A stretch of DNA of 63,819 nucleotides, filler included, from Pelomyxa schiedti (taxonomy: Eukaryota > Protista > Evosea): assembly GCA_020536535.1 (NCBI GenBank). It is 7 parts of 7 records of this genome, joined end to end, with 100 filler letters (N's around TTAATTAATTAA, not from the genome) between each part and the next. Parts side by side here need not be neighbours in the genome. Positions count along the whole stretch, not along the records: positions 46,306 to 63,819 come from JAHLWZ010000024.1; 6 more parts are not named here. The stretch is one strand, 5' to 3'. Below are positions 47,483 through 58,466 of this stretch, piece after piece. The notes beneath the pieces are model-generated. The model was given only the letters and a program-made list of their open reading frames with translations, searched no databases and was not told where the DNA came from. Every line of letters begins with the position of its first letter. Position 1 is the stretch's first letter. The translations under genes and the position numbers were made by a program.

Positions 47483-49468
47483 AGGAGAAGCCAGATGGAA
47501 CCTATCGATTTTGTGGATTACAGAAGACTGAATGCTGTAACCAAGAAGATGGTGTATCAAATGCCAAGATTTGATGACATGCTGGACGCGCTAGGTGGCA
47601 ACAATTGGTTCACCGGACTCGATTTGAAAGCTGGCTATTGGCAAGTCGAATTGTCCAAAAGCGCTAAGGAAAAATCAGCTTTTCGTAGAAGATCGATATT
47701 GTACCAATTTGCTGTATTGAGTTTCGGTTTAGTCAATGCACCTGCCACTTTTCAGGAATTAATGGATCTGATTCTAGCGGGATTGACTCCTGAACACTGT
47801 TTGGTGTATATCGATGATGTAATCATATTCTCGCGAGGAACCCTAGTTGAACACCTATCTTGGGTAAGGAAAGTATTTGATTGCTTGATGATAAAGGACA
47901 GATCCATCCTATTGCATTTGCAAGTCGCAAACTGCGAGGCGCAGAAGTTAGATATAATATTACACAGTTAGAAGCATTAGCTGTTGTATATGCTGTGCAA
48001 CATTTTCAACCATATATTTGGGGAAAGCATTTTACAGTGATAACAGATGCCAACTCTCAGCTAAGCTGAATCAAGTACAAGGAAATTCACGATTGGCTAG
48101 ATGGTCATTCTTACTTCAAGAATATGACCATCAAGTCATGCATAGACCTGGACATCTAATACTTCAGATGGCTTTACGAGAGCAGAAACCAAAGAACATG
48201 TTTCTGTATGACGAATGAAGACTTGATGTGCAAGCAGAACAAGAACAAGAAGAGAAACTGCAAGAACAAGTCTGTGTAGTTGAAATATCAAATCAAGAAA
48301 TTGGTGTGGAGCAAAAGAAGGATCTAGAACTGAAGATACTTTCTGAAGTAGTCAAAGGCAATTGTTGTTCCACAAGGAGGATTGAAATACCTGGTTTGTG
48401 ATAGAGATCCCGCCTTTGTGAACGATGCAAATACCGAGATGTGTCGAAGCTGGGGTATACATCGTAATACTGTAACAGCTTATCATCTCATCTACAGTCC
48501 AATGGAGCTGCTGAGAATGAAGAAAGCAAGTGATAACTTAGATATTGGTGTTCGAGTTTGGTTACAAATGCCAATGACAAAACAACAATCTGGAAAGCCA
48601 AAATATACTGGACCATACAGAATTGTTGACAAGCCTACTGAGGGTTCTGTTGTATAGAACATTAAGTATATGAGAAGAAAGAGGCATACAAGAAGGCAAA
48701 ACAAGCCTGGCGGGTAACGGCCTAAACACACAACCATAATGAAGAGCATGCCCAACACAAAACCGACCTAATAAAGTTGTTTGGCACAGCCATAAAGGCT
48801 GCCATCATAATAGAGTTAGTACATACAGTAAACAAGTAGAGCGGTAATTACGTCCAATCAATTGCTATTGGGCAATTTGTTCAACAATAAGATGTCGATC
48901 CACCTGTAGTTGATGCCTGGAAAATCTCAGTAATAGCCAACAAGTCTATTGATGGAAATGGAACTACCTGGACATAAGCTAAAGCACGTTGTTGGGAATG
49001 TCAGGAATCTTCAATTTGGGGAAGGTCATGAATGTGTGAGAGTACAGAAGGCGGAAGTTACCTAATTAGGGCGGAAATGGAGAAACTTACACACAAAGTT
49101 AGTAAAGACTCAGGGGTAATGGGACTTTCACACAAAGTTAGTAAAGACTCAGGAGTAATGGGATGCACCAGAATTCTCTGTACAAAGTTAGTTTCATATC
49201 TGAGGAGATAAAAAGATAAAAGAGCAGATGCTAGACACAGTTCAAAGGAGAATATCCAGTGCATGAACGGTTTTGCTGACTCCTTGGGCACGGAGTACTC
49301 TTGCAAAATGTATTCTGGGGGATGTACATCGGTCATGCACTAATGTGCACCCTTGCACAACTGCTGAAATGGTGCGAGTTCGATGTTATACCGTAATAGC
49401 ACAACCTTTCACGCACTCAAGGATGAAGGACATAATGAGAGTGCACAGCACAAGTATAATGTCCAACA
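47483..49468 (+). mobile_element. Degraded, internally deleted Ty3/Gypsy element, family B (RT, RNase H, integrase remnants; possible 3' LTR after ~49030)
   Basis: VDYRRLN, LDLKAGYWQ, FGLVNAPATFQ, YIDD, AFASRKL..YNITQLEALA, KYTGPYRI, with stops and frameshifts. Confidence 0.85.
49090..49163. repeat. Two-copy tandem repeat with a 39-bp period
   Basis: CACACAAAGTTAGTAAAGACTCAGG(G/A)GTAATGGGA twice. Confidence 0.9.
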
Positions 49469-49813
49469 NNNNNNNNNNNNNNNNNNNNNNNNNNNNNNNN
49501 NNNNNNNNNNNNNNNNNNNNNNNNNNNNNNNNNNNNNNNNNNNNNNNNNNNNNNNNNNNNNNNNNNNNGGTCGAGGTGGGACAGGTGCTGATTGGGGAAT
49601 GTTGTAGGGGTCCTCTGGGCTAACTCTCCCCCGGTGCCGCTAGCCCCATCTCTTCTCACAAGTTAAATCACCCCATATTTTTTTTGTTTCCTTTTTTTTG
49701 GTGGTCGCCATAATCTCCACGCCACCAGGCTGGGGCCTTTAGAGTCGAGGTTAAAGAAAGAGTGGTCGAACAAATTCCCTTCCAAAAAAAGAAAGGAAAA
49801 AAAAAGGATTTGA

Positions 49814-50987
49814 TCACAGTGTCGTTGGTACCATCCTCAAGGCCAATCTAGGAGGAGGCAGTGGTTTGGTCTCGGGACCGACAAGGCGAAGCAACAAAGT
49901 GCCTGTTGCTCCGTCGCAAATGTTGACGCAGCCGGCGTCGCAGTAAGCCAGAATGCCGTTGCTGCCGCAGGCGTTCCTCACTGGTGACTCCTGAGTCAGA
50001 ATAGTGGCGATAGGTCGCTGGAGATCAGCCGTCGTGAATACACTTATGGGTCCCCCCAGCACCCCAGGGTTCTCGAAAAACATAGTCTCAGTGATACAGC
50101 AGGGCCACCCGTGGCACACACGCACACGGTCAGCAAGCAACCTGTTGCCATTTGCAAGCAAGTGGTCTTGAACAGATCTGACTTCAAGAAGCTCGTGGTG
50201 ATCCTGGTTGTCGATGGCACCGTGAGCCACAGAGGCCAAAATTGGTCTGTTGTTCTTGCTGGCCAGGACCATTGGGAGAAGCCGAATCCCTGTGGGTATT
50301 TGCACTGTCAAAAGGTCATTTGCACGGTGTGCTGCATAGGTGGAGCTGAGGTCAACCCACGTGAGGGTACTCCTGCCAGATGCATGGTTCAGTGAAAGAA
50401 CCAGAGCCACATTCCCGCCCTCCACGCTATCTGGGAACACTTGAACCCACTTCAAAGAAGCGTGACCGTCCAGCGGTATTTGAGCGAGAACTCCATCTCT
50501 GTTGCCCCTTGGCCAGACAGCAAACATTCCTGGCTGGAAGGTAGTGAACGCACACACAGCACCACCTAGAGTTTTGGCCGAATCCACTGAGGGGTGGCAT
50601 ATACCCCACGTCAAACAGTGTCTCACAGGTATTGACGTCGATCACGGTGCAGGCATCAGCAGCGGGGTGCACCACCGCACAACGACCGTCGACCCACCCC
50701 ATCACACCTCCCGTCCAGCTGAATGTGTACTCGCTGGACACCACCCCCAGCGTGTAGGAAACCTTCACAAGAAGCACGCAAGGAAAGGTCTTGTATCTGG
50801 CCCTCAAGTGCACCACCCTCTCCACCCCCAGCACCCACCTCTCGATCACATCGCGCAACAAAGAGCGGGGCAGAAGTCGGACTCGGCACTGCTGCCCAAC
50901 ACGCGGATGGTGCCCCAGAAGCATCGCGGTGGCTTGCTTGATGGCTACAAGTACCCATTCTACAGTAACCCGATCAACTCGGCTCAT
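49814..50987 (-). pseudogene. Expanded-family protein split by a frameshift near 50545-50560 (pseudogene or sequence error)
   Basis: N-half (HHPRVG, ERWVL, VSYTLGVV, NSRW) and C-half (WVDLSSTY, ICDGATG) lie in different frames, switching at a (TG)n tract. Confidence 0.6.
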
Positions 50988-51321
50988 TTTTTTTTTTGGT
51001 TTACGTCATCCTTCCTTTTCTTTTTAATTTTTGTTCTTTTCGGCTTGTATTTTTCCCACAATTCCAATGTTCCGACTGAACACGGGCTGGGGGACAACGC
51101 TCAATTGGATGTAACCTGTGGTCGAGGTGGGACAGGTGCTGATTGGGGAATGTTGTAGGGGTCCTCTGGGCTAACTCTCCCCCGGTGCCGCTAGCCCCAT
51201 CTCTTCTCACAAGTTATATCATCCCATATTTTTTTCTGTTTTTATTTTTGTGCAGTGTAGTGTAAAGTGAGCTAGTGTTTGCTTATTACATCATGCAAAA
51301 TGGTGATACTACAACAGGAGT

Positions 51322-54300
51322 TTAGGGAAGTTGTGGAAGTGTAGGTGTGGTGTGATGGTGCTGATGTGGTGTTAGTTGCCCCTGCAGGGGTTGTTTTGGT
51401 TTGTCCAGTGCTAGGTTCAAGTCCCAGGCCTGAAGAATCCCATTGGAATGTCCCGTGAGTAGTACATTTACATTGGAGTATGACATTATACAGCAGGCTG
51501 TGGTGATTGCCGTTCCTATTGGGTAGACTGTTACACTGCGGGCTGCTGTATTTGTAGAGAGCGGCTGGTGTTCACTGCAGAATGAGTTGACATCATAGAA
51601 TACTACACTTTGGTTTGGGTGTGCTGTGACAAAAAGCTGCCCTTGATTACGGAAAAGAGCTCCTCCCTGCAATTAATTTGTTAACAAATGAGATTGTGTG
51701 GTATTTCTTGTACTTTGGTTCTCTCAAATTTGATGAGGTCAAAGATGGAGTTTCCGGAGTTATCAAAGGAGCTGCTGCCCATACTGCAAACGCATCTGTT
51801 TTTGTTTGTGCCTTTTAATTTTTGGTTTTCGTCAGAGAAGTAATGCCAGGCCCTAGGACAAACATGACATGAGGGGAAGAATATCACACAGGAAGAAAAG
51901 ACCTGATATAGCCGCTGTTTGAAACAGAGGAATAAAGGAGCCCTCCAGTGTCCAGATACTCCGTAGCCATCACCTGTTATCCTTGTCGGTTGAGGAAGAG
52001 AAGAAACAATAAAAACCTGTTTGATAGAATCGGAATGGTGGCCAGTGACAGATGATAAAAGAGTGAATGGATCATCCAAATGAACCATCTATGTACCAGT
52101 GAGAACTTGTGGGACATTTCATTTGTCGTGGAAGTCAAAGGTATTCTTAACTTTGAACAGAGGCGCACACTCCCCTGCTCTGTGCCAATGCACAAATATA
52201 TCTTCGTGCTCTGTCGATCAGCAATAGCTGCACAATGCAGGCAGGTTATGGCGTGATTTTCTGGGTCCTGAAATACCTTGCTAACAACCCAAACACCACT
52301 GAACATATCTTGCTTCAGTTCACCTGAATTGAAATGATCAGGGGTTTCTTGATGGTTCAATTTTACCAACTGATCCATTGGAGCACCCGAAGAATAAAAA
52401 CGGGTCAGCTTCAGCAGTGCAAGTTATACTAGATTCGAAAACGTGATTCAAAACCTCAAAAGTGGGGGCAGTGGCCCGGAGATCCATGATTTTGATTGAA
52501 GAACCATTCCGTGCAAGGGCCGCCAAAAACCATGTGTTAACCAAAAATGTAACGTGATCAATAACCATGTCCACTGAGAATGGACTCCATGTCTGTGCAA
52601 TTGTTAACGTGCTTTGAAAAAACCTCACTATATGTTGTGGTTGAATGTAGGCGAAAGATATCGTACAAACTTTGTATGTGGGGTCATGAAGTCTGTCCCA
52701 AAGTTGTATAGACCCAGTCCTAGAGCAGTGTAAAAAATTCAATACAGTCACACACACATACTTGGAATAGGCACACAGGAAAGTATTGGCAATCTGTTCG
52801 ATGGAATTTTTCGATTCACTAAGTATTATAAATTCAAGTCTGCATGCAATTATCACCCATTACCTCATTACAATTCCATCAACATGTGCATCACAGTGTT
52901 TACATAGCATTATAGGCTTCCATCCAGCAGCAAGTCCTTGGTATCTAGTGAGTTTTATTGTCGGCACTGAGCATGAAAAAGGGAGTTATACTTCCAAGCA
53001 GAGATAGTAGAGTCTTGGTGTGCAACGGCAACAACATTTGACATCGTGCACATCAATTTAACACTTTTTGCGGAAACAGATTGGCGCCAAAGAGAGCCGG
53101 AATATCGTGACTGATCCCCCACACTGTCTGCATTAGATCCTGATATGCACCCACTTCCACCTTCACTATCTAGGGCATTTGGCGAACTCCCAACGGTGGG
53201 AGAAGTAATCCCATTAGGGGTTGGTATAGGGGTCTCTGGTGAGCACGGAAGTCGCTTCAAAAACAGTACCCCTCCACCTCTCCTTGCTGAAATAAGTTCT
53301 AGTAGAGGAGTAATTCCATAAAAGTCGACCTGAGGTATTAAGCTTTTTGGAAAATTAAGTTTTACGTACTTCACGGTAGATATCATCTATAGACATGCCA
53401 GAAGGAACCTTTTCTTTGTGTTATTGCCTGGAAAAATGGGAGAAAAAAAATTACAGAAAATTGCCCAGTTCGAAGGTACGTTAAGATTGGTTCAAAGAAA
53501 GTTCCATCTCTGGGGAAAGTTATCACATTGCAGAGAATTTAGGAGAAAACCTGTCAATAAAGAAGCTCCCTTCTTCATCCACTATAGGAGAAAATTTCCC
53601 TTTCAAAAGTACATTAAAGAAGCAGTCCTCAGGCACGCTAGTCAGAGTACCCTCAGTAGTGACGAATTTTCGCCCACCAATATTGAGTTTCACAATGCGC
53701 ATTCTTGTGCCAGGGTGTAAGCATGAGGTAGTATTTACAACAGGGAACGAAGTGGTTGCAGTAGGTGGGGGAGAAGCAGGAGGGTTTGGAGCAAGAGGGG
53801 GAGTGGGAGATATTGGCATCAAGAACTGCAATTGACAACTCTCTGGAGCAGAAGTAAGAGTTGTTGGGCTGCAATTCGAGGTCACTGAAGCAGATTGCAT
53901 TTGAAAAAGTTGTTGCTGTGATGTCCTCTGAGACTGGTAAATTTCAACAGGTGCAACATCCCTACCATCCTGTTCCACAACTGCTTGCATTTGTGACTGA
54001 GTCTGTGATAGTGACAGTGATTGTGATGATTGTGATTGTTTTTTCCCACTGCTCCTCTTTGATGAAGAAGGACTGGATGCTGAAACAACAATGTTTGAAC
54101 TTGTGACACTGGTTGCAGTTGCTCCACCCAAAGAAAGAGAAAGTGAAGGTGATACATTTCCCGAGGAATTGGAAGGCGGCTGCGACGCCGATTGAAGCGG
54201 CGACGGCATTTCCTTCTGCAGTTGCATTTCCTGCTTCTGCTTCGAGGATATTTCCGGCGACGACGCTTGGGCGTTCGAACCGGCATTCGTCCCCGCGGTC

Positions 54301-54737
54301 GCAGTCGCCGACGCCGTCGCTGCCGGCGACGGGTGATGGTGATGCGACGACGACGACGAGCGCGACGTCGTAGTTGTCGTCGCTGCGGCAGTAGCTGCCG
54401 ACGGGGTCGTCGTAGTCGCCGTGGGTGCGGCGATGGCTGCGGACAACGAGGGGGTAGATGCCGTAGCACCGCCGGATGAGATCGCATTTGTGGTGGTAGA
54501 CGCGTAGGTGGGGGCAATTATGGGCGAAATGGACTGTGGCTGCTGGGGAGGCGTACCGACGTAAGCTGCCACGTAAGACTGCGGCTGCTGCGGCGGCTCC
54601 GAAGCCACAATTATGGGAGCTGTGGAGGGGGAAACACCGATGCCACCGCTGACACCAATTCCAGGCACCGGTGCCGTAGTTGGGACTGTCGTCGTTGAAA
54701 CATGGTGGTGGTCTCTGTGGTGATGGTGGCTGGCCAT
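51322..54737 (-). CDS. BTB/POZ (T1-type) + WD40 protein, KCTD3/SHKBP1-like, with a long low-complexity N-terminus
   Basis: IVKLNIGGRKFVTTEGTL..FFNVLL..DEEGSFFIDR, FYGITPLL, IGTEQGSVR, LLTGHSNGILQAWDL. Confidence 0.85.
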
Positions 54738-54836
54738 TCTCACCTTGACTTCGTACCACCAAAAAAAAAGTGCGTTCGGATTTGTGTGGTTCCCGGAAAA
54801 CTGTTTAATCAGTTACAAGACAATGGTAAAGACAAC

Positions 54837-56639
54837 TCAGCACAGCAAGCAACCCCCGGATTGAGGTTGAGCAGCTGTGATTTTGGGAGCCGAAGGAGGA
54901 GAGGGAGATGCGCATTCGATGACGTCATACTTGGCAACCTCGTGGAACGGGGCGTTCTGTGTGTCATCTCCCGAGCAAGTGCAACTGCAGCAGAATTCCT
55001 TCATTCTAAACACTTGGTCGTCCCGCCGCACCGGCGTGATGCACAACCTAGAGCAGTGACCACACACCAAACTTCCGTCAGTCAAAAGGGCTGCAGGCTG
55101 AAGCACTTTCCTCAGGTCCGTTGCAAATCTCGTGCACTTGTAGTGATGGTTGCACGCTCCGCAATCGCAGTAGGCCGCAGTCGGAGGCAGTGGGAGTGTA
55201 GTATGTCCCTTGTGGCAGGACAGGGCACATGCCATGCAGCAGCCGTGGGAGCCATTGCCCCAGCACGTCAGGCACCTGAACCAAGCCTGCTGGTGGTACT
55301 CTTTGGAAGTGTTCCCGAACGTGCAGTTTACCTTTCCCGGATATCTAGCAGCGAGTGACGCCAGGTCTCCGGCGCTGAGGGCCCGCCGCTGCCCTATTTC
55401 CAGTGCCCGGCCTTCTGGGACAATGAGAGTCTTCTTTTTCGGATCGATTGCCCACGCGTGGGGGCCATAGTGCATTATGGAGGAGTAGTCATACTGCTTC
55501 ACATCCAAGGCCTCTGGTCGCCTTTTGAAGTTGTGCCTTCTTTTCTTCTCGATGTTAGTTTTATCGACTGTGAGATAGCTATCTCTGTCAGAGCGTGAGT
55601 GAGTGTGGTGGAATCCTAGACTATGCAGAAGCTCGTGGGCCACACTGCCTGCAGGAGTTAGCTCAGAGACTGCAAGTCTTTGGATTAGTGTGCCCGTTTG
55701 CCCAACGGGACTCCATGGGCCCGTATCGTCATTGATAAAGACAACACAGTGTGGAGCCTCAGCAATATCCGTGGGTTGTTCCAGAATTTTCACTGATTGT
55801 TGGGAATCGGTTATAAGTCTGATGCCTTCTCGGATTGTTGCTTTTTCTGCCTCCGTCAGTTTGGCTTTCTCCAGGTTCTGAGTGATAGTCGCTTGGTCAT
55901 CGCTTCCAATACAGTTTCCGGTTTGAATTTCAAGTTGCTCCCTCTGACGGGGAGAGAGACAGGAAATGTCGAGGCAACAGTACAGAATACCACCAGGCCA
56001 TAGCCTCCCCATCTCCACCGACCCCCCTAAAACGAAATCAGCTGCATTTGCACTCCCCTCGTCACATTGAACTCCACACAATCGACGCAATGGAACGCAT
56101 ATATCTCCTTCGGTCAGTGCAATTATTTTCGACGGGTCAGTAGAACTTCTCACCAAGTCCACGGAAATGGCGGTGGGAGTGCCGGCGGAGAAACTTGCCT
56201 GAACTTCAACTCTTCTGACAACAGCACCCCTTCCTGGAGTTGCATACTCCAAAACGGTGGGGTCCTGTAGGACCAGTCCCTTGATATATGTGGTGTATGC
56301 CCTCCTTGTTTCCGCCAGCTCGTTCCTCAAATCCCTTACTTCCTGTTCGGCATTTTCTGCCTGACTGTGAGTCCTCCTCTGCTCACGGCTGAGAACTTCG
56401 AACCGATTTTCAGCCTCATGTAAAAGCCTCCAATGCTCACTTCTGAGAGCTTCCATACGGTTGTCTGACTCACGTACAATCCTCCTCTGATCACTGGTGA
56501 GAGCCGCGATACGACTTTCAGCCTCACGCAGTTTCTTGCCCAGAAATATCACAACAGCGACACACACGCACAAAAAGACAGTCGCACACAAGGCGTGCCC
56601 TTGCGGTACCGCCTCGGCTGTCTCCTGTGCCCGTTCCAT
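54837..56639 (-). CDS. Intronless astacin (M12A) metalloprotease fused to a UBR-box-type zinc finger; N-terminal TM and coiled coil
   Basis: HELLHSLGFHHTHSRSDRD, YDYSSIMHY Met-turn, IGQRRALSAGD; then CTF..QAWFRCLTC..CCMACALSCHKGH..AYCDCG. Confidence 0.88.
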   Translation of the reverse strand: MERAQETAEAVPQGHALCATVFLCVCVAVVIFLGKKLREAESRIAALTSDQRRIVRESDNRMEALRSEHWRLLHEAENRFEVLSREQRRTHSQAENAEQEVRDLRNELAETRRAYTTYIKGLVLQDPTVLEYATPGRGAVVRRVEVQASFSAGTPTAISVDLVRSSTDPSKIIALTEGDICVPLRRLCGVQCDEGSANAADFVLGGSVEMGRLWPGGILYCCLDISCLSPRQREQLEIQTGNCIGSDDQATITQNLEKAKLTEAEKATIREGIRLITDSQQSVKILEQPTDIAEAPHCVVFINDDTGPWSPVGQTGTLIQRLAVSELTPAGSVAHELLHSLGFHHTHSRSDRDSYLTVDKTNIEKKRRHNFKRRPEALDVKQYDYSSIMHYGPHAWAIDPKKKTLIVPEGRALEIGQRRALSAGDLASLAARYPGKVNCTFGNTSKEYHQQAWFRCLTCWGNGSHGCCMACALSCHKGHTTLPLPPTAAYCDCGACNHHYKCTRFATDLRKVLQPAALLTDGSLVCGHCSRLCITPVRRDDQVFRMKEFCCSCTCSGDDTQNAPFHEVAKYDVIECASPSPPSAPKITAAQPQSGGCLLC

Positions 56640-57025
56640 TTAGAAAATCAAGTTGGAAAAATTACAGCGTAACGACAGTTAATATTCAATTTTCAAGTTG
56701 GCTGAAAGCAACTTGCACTTGCACCCATGTTGGGACTGTGTAAGTAGATGCCCGCGGGTACCTGAGAGAATTGTTCTTTTTCGATTTGTGAAGCACCTCT
56801 AAGAAACCATGCATGGACAACAACCACGCATGAACACCGAAAAACCGCCAACGTTGGTCCTCAGTCAATACCATTCATTAATCGATTAATAAAACTGACA
56901 AGGATGTGCTATTTCTTGGGTGCCTTGGTGAGAGTCACTTTTATTTACAGTTGCTACACTTAAGCAAATAACCCCAGGTGGATCAAGGGCCAAGGAAATA
57001 CTTCGTGAGTTGGGTCTTGATGATG

Positions 57026-58263
57026 TCAACTTCTTGAGTATGGAGGAGGGGGAGGAAGTGGGGAGTCCACATCCCTGTTCCTATTTAAACCTTCCTCCAG
57101 TTGCTGTTTCTTCATGGATTTCATTGGGCACTGTTTCTTTAGATGGCCAACACAGTGGCAGATGAAGCACTGATGCTTGAGGTCTCCTGGAATTTGGTAA
57201 GGAGAGGTTGAATCTGTGTGCCCGGGTCCTTGTGTGGTGTGACCTCCCCTCTTGTATCCCTGGTAGCCCCCCCTTCCAGTGAACTTCGGGCTCACTTCTT
57301 TACGTATTCCCATTGCACCGGTGCACCGGATACTATTAGCCTTGGACCTGCTCCATAGGCCGTGCACATACTTCTCAAAGGCATCAAAAGAGGATGGATT
57401 CTGTACGCGAGCTTGCAGAAATTCATCTGCCCATTCTGGTGGAAGAATATCTGAAAAAGCCTGCATGAGCCCAAAATCGCTTAGGGTTCCTCCAGAAGCG
57501 TCCCGATAGGTTTCTTTAAACCTGCAGATCATTTCATTCCAGTCATCATCAGGGAGAATCCGGAAATTCTCCAAGTTGTGCCGAGCAATGACAGATCCTC
57601 TTATGTCAAAACAGTTGACTAGGTTTTGAAGTATCTCTTGCAATGACAATGATCCATCTTTTTCCGTTATCACACCCACAACTGCCTCTCCCTTGGCGGC
57701 CAAAGCTAGAGCGCACAAAACTTGCAACTCTGTGTAATCCTTTATGAGAAGTTTTATTTGGGCCAGCCATCTTCTAATATCCACACGGTTAGGCCCCAAG
57801 TCTGGCAATTTGAGTCTTCCTTTGCCAACTACTTCGTGCTCTCTCACCCTCAATTCCATAGTTTCATTAGTGTTTGGAAATGATATCAAGAATGTTTTCA
57901 CATCAGATGAAGTGGATGTGCTCGCAGTATTCGTTGTACAACCAAGTGTTGTAGTCAGACTCCTACCACAGATATAAGCAATCTCAACATTTTCGTTTCG
58001 GTTCTCATATATTATTATATTCTCTTCACTCATTTTTTCAACCTGTTTGTACGCAATTCAGTGAGCACGCGTTCAGTGACTCGTCCCACAATTTCGTCAA
58101 TGGTTTTTTCAGACAAAACAAGCTTCTTCACTCCGCCGACCGTGGGCCGTCCCATAATAGGCCCTCCCGTTCCTGGTCGCCCAGACAACGTCGGCACGTT
58201 CGTATGCGACGCCGACACGGCTGTAGGTTACAACGTCTCATAGTAGTCTTCCTGAGGTTTCAT
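57026..58263 (-). mobile_element. Gag-like ORF with a CCHC zinc knuckle (57026-58033), a disrupted upstream segment, and no pol after it
   Basis: CFICHCVGHLKKQC (CX2CX4HX4C) after a helical capsid-like region. Confidence 0.7.
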
Positions 58264-58466
58264 CTTAACTTATTTCTGAGAAATAAAATTGCAAAAAGAC
58301 AAAAATTTGAGAACTGTGGGATCCAGAATCATTTTGGGCCATAGACGCTTAGAAGATAAGCACCTCAAGTTGCAGTACTTTGATGGCTCTGCTGATGCAA
58401 TGCAATGGTGGCAACGACTGGAAGTCATACGAAATGAGACACGCTGGACCAATATGTTGACGCCGC

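Noticed and set aside
49090-49163. CRISPR-like repeat
   Set aside because: Only two adjacent units, no spacers, and a eukaryotic retroelement context.
53882-55358. Long overlapping alternative-frame ORFs (also 21862-22434, 36569-37327, 50502-51158)
   Set aside because: Shadows of GC-rich coding sequence with few stops and no recognisable motifs.
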